Source: a bacterium (lineage in GTDB: Bacteria; Bdellovibrionota_C; UBA2361; CALJRW01). From it: a stretch of 64,000 nucleotides of DNA. The translations under genes were made by a program, and so were the position numbers. Shown in pieces: positions 61,374 through 64,000 of this stretch; the stretch's first letter is position 1, and every line of letters starts with the position of its first letter. Under the pieces are notes generated by a model that had not been told where the DNA came from, made no database searches, and saw nothing but the letters and a program-made list of their open reading frames with translations. The stretch is taken from contig JANNBC010000021.1 in NCBI GenBank assembly GCA_031385045.1, forward strand, positions 1-64,000, given 5' to 3'.

Positions 61374-62688
61374 CGAGGAGCCTCATAATAAATGTTACCC
61401 GAGGGTATAAATTGTATAATACGAAGCCTCACAATTAAATGTTACCGAAGGAGGCTAACAATGGGACTCAGTATGAAAGGCAGAAGAGAGTACTTAGAAG
61501 AAGTGAAATTAAGGTATTTAAATGGCGATAGAGGGCTAAAATGCCAAATACTGAATGAAGCCTCGGCAGTTACCAAGATGCATCGCAAGTCTATAATCCG
61601 TTATTTTCATAGTAAGATTAATCAGGTGGTTAAGAAGCGAGTGTTAGGAAAACGAGGAAGAAAATGCATTTATGATTATCCTGAGTTTAAAGAAAAGTTA
61701 AAGGACATTTGGCTAGAAACTGAAAAGATGTGTTCTAGGAATTTGGCTGAGGCAATGTCAGAATGGCTACCCTCGTATGAGAAGATGTATGGCAAAATAG
61801 AGCTAAAAGTAAGGCATGATTTGTTACAAATCAGTCATGCCTCAATCGATCGAATAATTAACCCCTACAGAAGACAATTTGGAAGGGGCAAATGTGGAAC
61901 TAAGCCTGGGACATTAATAAAAAATACGATACCGATTAAGGGAGAAAATTGGGATCCTAAATTACCTGGATTTATGGAGGTGGATACGGTGGCACATTGT
62001 GGTGGTTCTCTACTCGGTGAATTTGTCTGGACGCTAACTCTTACCGATGTTCACACGCAGTGGACTGAGATTCGTCCAGTTTGGCACAAAGAAGCAAAAG
62101 AAACCTTAGCTATAATCAAAAGGATTGCGGAAACTCTACCATTTAAAATCCTAGCTCTAAATGCTGACAATGGTGCTGAGTTTATGAATCATCACTTTCT
62201 AAATTATTTTATGCACCGTGATAATCAAATCTATTTCTCTCGTTCTCGTCCTTACAAGAAAAATGATAATGCTCATGTGGAGCAAAAGAACTGGACTCAT
62301 GCTCGTTCATTACTGGGGTATGGACGATTAGATAACCGAAGTATTATGACAGCGCTAACAGAAATTCTAGCGAATTGGTCTTTGCTTAAAAATCATTTCT
62401 ACCCTTGCAAAAAACTAATCTCAAAAGCAAAAGTTGGCTCTAAGTTTGCCATGAGATATGAAATACCAAAGACTCCTTATCAACGGCTTATGGAGTCAAA
62501 TAAAATTAATCAAGCAAATAAAAATAAACTGAAGCAAATTCATGATTCGCTCGATCCATGTTTATTAAGAAGACAAATTCGAGCTAATTTAAACAAACTT
62601 TTACAGAACTCCTCGGTAACATCTAATTATGAGGCTTCGTATCCAAAAAGAACCTCTCTCCGGTAACATTTAATTGTGAGGCTCTACG
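61374..62688 (+). mobile_element. Complete 1315-bp insertion sequence (rve/DDE, ISNCY-like) with doubled terminal repeats and 5-bp target duplication GAACA
   Basis: GAACA at 61369-73 and 62689-93; repeats L1 61378-99, L2 61419-48, R2 62613-42, R1 62662-84. Confidence 0.9.
61461..62666 (+). CDS. Integrase-core (rve) DDE transposase
   Basis: EVDTVAHCG, DNGAEF, RPYKKNDNAHVEQKN, KTPYQR; AAGGAGG ribosome-binding site before ATG 61461. Confidence 0.92.
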   Translation: MGLSMKGRREYLEEVKLRYLNGDRGLKCQILNEASAVTKMHRKSIIRYFHSKINQVVKKRVLGKRGRKCIYDYPEFKEKLKDIWLETEKMCSRNLAEAMSEWLPSYEKMYGKIELKVRHDLLQISHASIDRIINPYRRQFGRGKCGTKPGTLIKNTIPIKGENWDPKLPGFMEVDTVAHCGGSLLGEFVWTLTLTDVHTQWTEIRPVWHKEAKETLAIIKRIAETLPFKILALNADNGAEFMNHHFLNYFMHRDNQIYFSRSRPYKKNDNAHVEQKNWTHARSLLGYGRLDNRSIMTALTEILANWSLLKNHFYPCKKLISKAKVGSKFAMRYEIPKTPYQRLMESNKINQANKNKLKQIHDSLDPCLLRRQIRANLNKLLQNSSVTSNYEASYPKRTSLR

Positions 62689-62798
62689 GAACAGGCCATG
62701 ATTTAGCTGCTAGAGGGGTGCTTCATGACTTGATTCTAATGATTGAGTTAATTTATTAAGCAAGTTAGCATCTTAAGTTATATGCCGAGTCTTTTGAT

Positions 62799-63395
62799 AT
62801 GAAAAAGCTTCCTCAGAAAATTGTGGTTTTTGGACCAAGTACAGTCTATGGAAAGAATGATTCCGAAGGTGGTTTTGTGGCAAGGCTCAGAAAACTTTCC
62901 GAGCAAGAAAATAATAATAACATTGTATTTAATTTAGGAATTAGCGGAGAGTCTTCTAGGGAACTTTTAACTAGATTTCTACTGGAAGTGCCGCCTCGTA
63001 AGCCAAATTTGATTATTTTATATCCTGGACTAAACGATATCCTGCGGCGCGGTGGAAAAGATAGTACACGGCTAGTTGAGGAAGAAGAGACAATTAACAA
63101 CTGGACGCAAATCTTATCTTCCGCTCAAAGTCTTGCCTCGGTAATTGTTATTCTCCCACTGTCATTTGATGAAACACGAACCACACCACTAGTTGCTAAT
63201 TATTACTACTTTCTAGATGATGCAAAAATTCACCTTTGCGATATCCATATGTTATGCCAACAACTCCAGATTTTGGCTGTAGAAGTCCCATTTAGCAGTG
63301 ATAATCTGGATGAATTTATCTCCACCGATGGTTTGCATCCTAATTCCAAGGGGCACGAGCTAATTTTGCAAAAATTACTTGAAGTAATACTTTGA
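62799..63395 (+). CDS. SGNH/GDSL lipase/esterase
   Basis: VFGPST, NLGISG, PGLND, DGLHPN..GH. Confidence 0.88.
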   Translation: MKKLPQKIVVFGPSTVYGKNDSEGGFVARLRKLSEQENNNNIVFNLGISGESSRELLTRFLLEVPPRKPNLIILYPGLNDILRRGGKDSTRLVEEEETINNWTQILSSAQSLASVIVILPLSFDETRTTPLVANYYYFLDDAKIHLCDIHMLCQQLQILAVEVPFSSDNLDEFISTDGLHPNSKGHELILQKLLEVIL

Positions 63396-63468
63396 GCTGT
63401 GTCAAGTTTGCTTAAGAAGGAAGATCTTAGTAAAATTATTTAGTGAAGAATAGTTGTATCAAGATTCT

Positions 63469-64000
63469 ATGTTAACCCCCAGTACTGTTTCAAATAAATA
63501 TCAAATTGGAGTAGCTGAGTTCTTACCAATACACGAGTTCCATCCTGATGCTGAAAAGTCAGGATATCGTTTCCCAAAAGAAATTATTCGACGGATTGGT
63601 TTAGCAATTCGGACTTCAATAAATCCTGGGGAAACATTAGTGAAATTTCTTGATCAATTGATTGATGACAAAAGTCTTGCTGGAGAAGTCTTTACTCCAG
63701 GGTACTATAATAAATCAATTTTTAGAGGAGTAACTGGTATTCTACTTGCCGAGTTGCCCGACGAATATCTTCACAAGCTTCAACGACAATTAGTGGCTGA
63801 AGATCCCATGCTTGCCATGAGAAGTGCCGGAGTTCTTACTACGCTTTATTCCACTGTGAGTGGATTTCCTGATTTTCAAACATACTTGCACTGCTTCTTT
63901 AAGTGTGAGGCAATAACTTCACCTCAGATACTAGGAAGATTAGATCGGCGTTTAAAGGCTTGTTCTAACCGGACGAGCATAAGTGCCGAAGTGCAGCAAA
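63469..64000 (+). CDS. Hypothetical protein, 3'-truncated by window edge
   Basis: Open frame from ATG 63469 (MLTPSTVSNKYQIG...) to the end of the window. Confidence 0.6.
   Translation, partial: MLTPSTVSNKYQIGVAEFLPIHEFHPDAEKSGYRFPKEIIRRIGLAIRTSINPGETLVKFLDQLIDDKSLAGEVFTPGYYNKSIFRGVTGILLAELPDEYLHKLQRQLVAEDPMLAMRSAGVLTTLYSTVSGFPDFQTYLHCFFKCEAITSPQILGRLDRRLKACSNRTSISAEVQQ

Noticed and set aside
61309..61460. N-terminal extensions of ORFs 59755..61386 and 61392..62666
   Set aside because: Both track starts lie in the IS left end; better starts are ATG 61308 and ATG 61461 (with AAGGAGG)
770..63100. Numerous 60-110 aa ORFs nested in or antisense to recognised genes
   Set aside because: Fully overlap well-supported CDSs and show no motifs

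Overview
Low-GC chromosomal segment of a Gram-negative bacterium (kdsB, lspA, ampG, porin). The cysteine-rich repeat surface proteins, secreted trypsin and multiple type IV pilin cassettes suggest a Bdellovibrionota/Myxococcota-like lineage (inference). Housekeeping genes (purE/purK, gdhA, gltA, greB, sufBCD, hemH, apaG, nemA) surround an accessory surface block: two giant Cys-rich repeat proteins, two back-to-back 4-gene minor-pilin cassettes and a PilB-type ATPase fused to a receiver domain, which share a sigma-28/FliA-like promoter motif. The strongest unexplained signal is an ORF-free ~600-640 nt minus-strand region (~50689-51330). It ends in an intrinsic terminator and is tiled with hairpins, multi-way junctions and mutually complementary loops, so it is a candidate large ornate ncRNA. 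The window also holds a complete 1.3 kb IS with doubled terminal repeats and a 5-bp target duplication, several MITE/REP-like palindromic elements, and a small DUF1328 gene missed by the ORF track. No rRNA, tRNA or CRISPR array was seen. All calls are by eye; no searches were run.
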